A stretch of DNA of 64,000 bases from an uncultured Actinomycetota bacterium (lineage in GTDB: Bacteria > Actinomycetota > Actinomycetes > CAVWCF01), in NCBI GenBank assembly GCA_963818455.1, contig CAWFSE010000005.1, positions 266,071 to 330,070 on the forward strand, given 5' to 3'. Positions 60,775-64,000 of this stretch are shown in pieces. Made by a program: the position numbers and the translations under genes. Numbering within the stretch: the stretch's first letter is position 1; the number at the start of each line of letters is the position of its first letter. The notes below the pieces were generated by a model, which worked only from the letters and a program-made list of their open reading frames with translations, ran no database searches and was not told the DNA's origin.

Positions 60775-60775
60775 C

Positions 60776-61540
60776 TCAGGCCTCCTCTCCGCGTGGGCGC
60801 ACGGTGCGCCGCTCGATCCGCTTCTCGGCATCGGCTCCGACGACGACGACCCGCTGCACGAAGACCCCGGGCAGGTGGATCGCGTCCGCGTCGAGCTCGC
60901 CGGCGTCCACGAGGTGCTCGACCGTGGCGATCGTGGTGCGCCCGGCCATGGCTGCGAGCGGGTTGAAGTTGCGGGCGGACTCGCGGAAGACGAGGTTGCC
61001 CTGCCGGTCGCCCTTCCATGCGTGGACCAGGGCGAAGTCGGTGGTGATCGACTCCTCGAGGACGTACGTGCGTCCGCCGTACTCGCGGGTCTCCTTGGGC
61101 GGCGAGGCCTTCGCCACCGAGCCGTCGGGGGCGTACCGCAGCGGCAGCCCGCCCTCGGCCACCTGGGTGCCGACCCCGGTGGCGGTGAAGAACGCCGGGA
61201 TGCCCGCCCCGCCGGCGCGCATCTTCTCGGCCAGCGTTCCCTGCGGAGTCAGCTCGACCTCGAGCTCTCCCGACAGGAACTGCCGCTCGAACTCCTTGTT
61301 CTCGCCCACGTACGACGACTGCGTGCGGCGGATCCGCTTGGCCGCGAGCAGCACCCCGAGGCCCCAGTCGTCGACCCCGCAGTTGTTCGAGACGACATCG
61401 AGGTCCTTGGTGCCCTGGTCGTACAGCGCCTGGATCAGCGCCGACGGGATGCCGCACAACCCGAATCCCCCGACCGCCAGCGAGGCGCCGTCGGGGATGT
61501 CCGCGACCGCCTCGGCGGCCGACCCCACCACCTTGTCCAT
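60776..61540 (-). CDS. scoA: 3-oxoacid CoA-transferase subunit A
   Basis: 254 aa, intact. Motifs include [32 protein letters not shown] and [13 protein letters not shown]. Confidence 0.92.
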   Translation of the reverse strand: MDKVVGSAAEAVADIPDGASLAVGGFGLCGIPSALIQALYDQGTKDLDVVSNNCGVDDWGLGVLLAAKRIRRTQSSYVGENKEFERQFLSGELEVELTPQGTLAEKMRAGGAGIPAFFTATGVGTQVAEGGLPLRYAPDGSVAKASPPKETREYGGRTYVLEESITTDFALVHAWKGDRQGNLVFRESARNFNPLAAMAGRTTIATVEHLVDAGELDADAIHLPGVFVQRVVVVGADAEKRIERRTVRPRGEEA

Positions 61541-61559
61541 GGCTCGCGACCCTAGCGAG

Positions 61560-62024
61560 TCACCAGACGCCCGGGATGAACACCCTGCGAACCCGGGCCT
61601 GGTAGTCGGCGTATCCCTGGTAGCGGGCGACGAGGAACGACTCCTCGACCCGGCGCTTGAGGTCGAGCTCGACGGCGAGGGCCGCAGCCGGCAGCAGGGC
61701 CCACGGGTTGCTGCGCAGGGCCCAGCCGAAGGCCGCGAGCACCAGCCCCCCGTAGATCGGGTGCCGCACGAAGGAGTAGACCCCGCGGTCGCGCAGCGAC
61801 CCGCGATGGAGGGGCGCCGGGCGGGCGTCCAGCGACTCGCCGAGGTCCTTGAAGCCCAGGGCGAGCACCAGCAGGCCGAGCACCATCAGGACGGTCCCGG
61901 CCCAGCGGACCGGCGGCGGCCAGCTGCCCGGCGCCAGCCAGGTGACCAACGCGAGGACGCCGAGCAGCGCGAACTGCAGGACCACCCAGCCCTCGCCGCG
62001 GGCTCCGAGCCGCGGGAGCGTCAC
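61560..62024 (-). CDS. ICMT/PEMT-like membrane methyltransferase family protein
   Basis: 154 aa with multiple transmembrane segments. It carries the family motif ..[24 protein letters not shown].. The GTG start overlaps the upstream stop (GTGA). Confidence 0.7.
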   Translation of the reverse strand: MTLPRLGARGEGWVVLQFALLGVLALVTWLAPGSWPPPVRWAGTVLMVLGLLVLALGFKDLGESLDARPAPLHRGSLRDRGVYSFVRHPIYGGLVLAAFGWALRSNPWALLPAAALAVELDLKRRVEESFLVARYQGYADYQARVRRVFIPGVW

Positions 62025-62410
62025 GCCACCCGCCCCAGGCGGTCCAAGGCCGCGCGGACCGCCGCCTCGAATGCCTGCACGTCGCCACCCAGGCGGTCGA
62101 GCTCAGCGGGGCCGACCAGCAGCCGGTAGCCCCCGTCGACCTCGGCGAGCACGCAGGGCGTCTCGGCGGAGGCGGCGGCCACGCGCTCATCGCGCTCGTT
62201 GAGGTGCACCAGGTCGACCGGGATCCCGAGGCGGGCGACCATCGCGTCCCAGGCCGGCTTGCGCCGCACCGGCGAGTGGGTGATGTCGCACAGGGAGCAG
62301 TGCGCGCGGCCGAAGAGGTGCCCGATGACGTACGCGGCCTCGCCACGCAGCCCGCCGTCTGCGTGGTAGACCCCGACCAGCCGGGTGGGCCGGCTCCCCG
62401 CGTCGCTCAC
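62021..62410 (-). CDS. conserved hypothetical protein with H-C-x2-C-x3-H motif
   Basis: 129 aa (..LVGVYHADGGLRGEAAYVIGHLFGRAHCSLCDITHSPVRRKPAWD...). Both ends overlap neighbouring genes by 4 nt. No family was recognised. Confidence 0.5.
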   Translation of the reverse strand: MSDAGSRPTRLVGVYHADGGLRGEAAYVIGHLFGRAHCSLCDITHSPVRRKPAWDAMVARLGIPVDLVHLNERDERVAAASAETPCVLAEVDGGYRLLVGPAELDRLGGDVQAFEAAVRAALDRLGRVA

Positions 62411-63144
62411 CGGGGAGCCGCGGCCAGGTGCTCGTCGAACCAGCCCAGGATCTGCTCCCAGGCCTGCGTCGCCGACTCCTCGTGGTAGCCGAAGCCCATG
62501 ATCTTGCTCGGCCAGCCCTTCGGCCCGGAGGGCGTCGCGTTGAGGAACGAGTGGCCGGCCCCGGGATAGACGTCGATGCGGTGCTCGACGCCCTCCGCCT
62601 CCAGGGCCGCCCGCAGCCGCGGGATGCCGCCCTTGGCCACGAAGTCGCGGTCGCCGAAGTTCGCCAGGAGCGGGCAGGCGCCGGACATCCGCTGCCCCAC
62701 ATCCTTGGGCACCTGTCCGTAGTTGGCGACGGCGGCGTCGAAACCGCGACCCGGCGCCACCGCGAGCGCGACGCCGCCGCCCATGCAGAACCCGAGCACG
62801 CCGACCGAGCCGGTGCAGTCATCCCGGTCGGCCAGCCACTCGCGGCACGCGTCGACCTCGTCGAACACCCGGCCCTGGCCCCGCCCGATCTCACGGACGA
62901 TCTGGCGCAGGCAGGCCACCATCGAGCCCCAGGCCAGCAGGTCGGGCGCCAGCGCCACGAACCCGTGCTCCGCCAGCCGGTCGGCGTGTGAGCGGATGTC
63001 GTCGTTGAGGCCGAACGCCTCGTGGACCACGACCACTCCCGGGGCCCGCCGGCCCACCGCGGCAGCGGCGGGGATCGCCAGGTACGCCGGCAGGTCGCCG
63101 TGGGCGGTGGGAATCACCAGGTCCCGCGGGTCGCGCCCACTCAA
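62407..63144 (-). CDS. dienelactone hydrolase family protein
   Basis: The TTG start at 63144 overlaps the SDR stop. Motifs include VVVVHEAFGLNDDIRSHADRLAEHGFVALAPDL, a nucleophile motif (GVLGFCMGGGVAL) and ..YPGAGHSF. Confidence 0.8.
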   Translation of the reverse strand: MSGRDPRDLVIPTAHGDLPAYLAIPAAAAVGRRAPGVVVVHEAFGLNDDIRSHADRLAEHGFVALAPDLLAWGSMVACLRQIVREIGRGQGRVFDEVDACREWLADRDDCTGSVGVLGFCMGGGVALAVAPGRGFDAAVANYGQVPKDVGQRMSGACPLLANFGDRDFVAKGGIPRLRAALEAEGVEHRIDVYPGAGHSFLNATPSGPKGWPSKIMGFGYHEESATQAWEQILGWFDEHLAAAPR

Positions 63145-63876
63145 GACTGCTGGCCCATCGACCACAGCGCCCACAGGGTGGTGCGTACGCGCCGCGACTG
63201 CTCGAGCACCGTGACCACCGCGTGCGCCACGTCGTCGTCGCGCAGGAACGTCTCCAGCAGCGGCATCCCGGGGGTCCGGCCGGTGCCGAGCGCGAACTCG
63301 GTGTCGACGCCGGCCGGGCACAGCGCGGTGACCCGGATGCCGCGTTCACGCAGCTCGCGGTCGAGCCCGCCGGCCAGCCCGACCTGGGCGTGCTTGGTGC
63401 CCGCGTAGACGGACTCGTCGCCGCCGCCGCGCAGCCCGGCCACTGAGGACACGATGACGATGTCGCCCCCGCCGGCCTCCAGCATCGCGGGCACCGCGGC
63501 CCGCACGGCCCAGACCGTCCCGGAGTAGTTGGTGTCGATCATCCGGGCGATCTCGTGGTCGGGGTGGTCCAGGATCGAGCCGTACAGCCCGATCCCCGCG
63601 TTGGCCACGAGCGAGTCAAGGCGGCCCCACGTCGACGTGGCCGCCTCGACCAGGGCCGCATTCGCCGCCGGGTCGCGCACATCCATCTCGACCGCCACAC
63701 AGCGGTCCGCCCCGAGCCTCGTCGACCAGCGCGGCGAGCCGGTCGCCCCGGCGGGCGCCCACCGCGACCCGCGCCCCCTTCGCGGCGAGTTGGCGCGCCG
63801 AGGCGGCGCCGATGCCGGCGGTGGCGCCGGTGATCGCGACGACGGTGTCCTGCAGGGAGCGGGTGGTCTCGGTCAT
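63141..63876 (-). pseudogene. short-chain dehydrogenase/reductase (SDR), one +1 frameshift as given
   Basis: The protein reads MTETTRSLQDTVVAITGATAGIGAASARQLAAKGARVAV.. and then the frame changes near 63705-63715. It resumes as ..VAVEMDVRD..NAGIG..SSVAG..YAGTKHAQ... The length is 736 nt (3n+1). Confidence 0.85.
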
Positions 63877-63912
63877 CAGTGCCCTCTCACGGTGTGTAGT
63901 CACGGGTTCTCG

Positions 63913-64000
63913 TCACGGGTTTGTGTCGAGGATGACCAAGCGGGTCTCGGTCATCTCCTCCACCGAGTAGTGCGGGCCCTCGCGGGTGTTGCCGGAGTCG
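63913..64000 (-). CDS. 3' end of an unidentified CDS running off the window
   Basis: The open frame reads ..DSGNTREGPHYSVEEMTETRLVILDTNP and stops at 63913-63915. There is too little sequence to name it. Confidence 0.3.
   Translation of the reverse strand, partial: DSGNTREGPHYSVEEMTETRLVILDTNP

Overview
High-G+C actinobacterial (Actinomycetota) core-chromosome window, about 70 genes. I found no CRISPR array, rRNA, intact transposase or integrase, or recognisable defence system.

Gene content:
- Centre, minus strand: argS-(ccdA/thioredoxin)-lysA-hom-thrC-thrB-rho-rpmE-prfA-prmC-tsaC-PTP-glyA-wecA-atpI/B/E/F/H/A/G/D/C-DUF2550, then a PduO-type adenosyltransferase, an efeU/cupredoxin iron-uptake pair and murA. 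From memory this is the same order as the argS...murA block of Mycobacterium tuberculosis.
- Left: an acyl-CoA / ethylmalonyl-CoA-type carbon-metabolism cluster. It holds an IcmA-type mutase with MeaB, a thiolase, an epimerase, ccr, a tandem and a single 3-hydroxyacyl-CoA dehydrogenase, ecm/meaA and an aldehyde dehydrogenase. nucS and an ABC-2-type exporter also lie here.
- Right: a TPM-domain protein next to PspA, tRNA-Arg(CCG) followed by a DUF222 remnant, a DEAD-box RNA helicase, a secreted His-Me nuclease, gltA, scoAB and a small translationally coupled operon.

Main anomaly: by manual frame tracking, about 60 single-base frame changes, mostly +1 insertions, interrupt 23 otherwise well conserved genes. 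These include essential ones (murA, rho, atpB, atpH, hom, thrC, lysA). The changes cluster strongly at 15.1-21.1 kb and 42.2-47.3 kb. The translated segments between shifts look undecayed, so I read this as consensus or assembly indel error rather than biology. This must be checked against reads.

Novel system: I could not support a clearly novel system. The best leads, all of modest interest, are listed as findings:
- an IdeR-type iron box on efeU;
- an IcmA+MeaB pair with no B12-binding subunit in the window;
- the TPM/PspA pair;
- an uncharacterised Cys/His protein inside a coupled SDR-DLH-x-methyltransferase operon;
- a non-phosphorylatable STAS protein.
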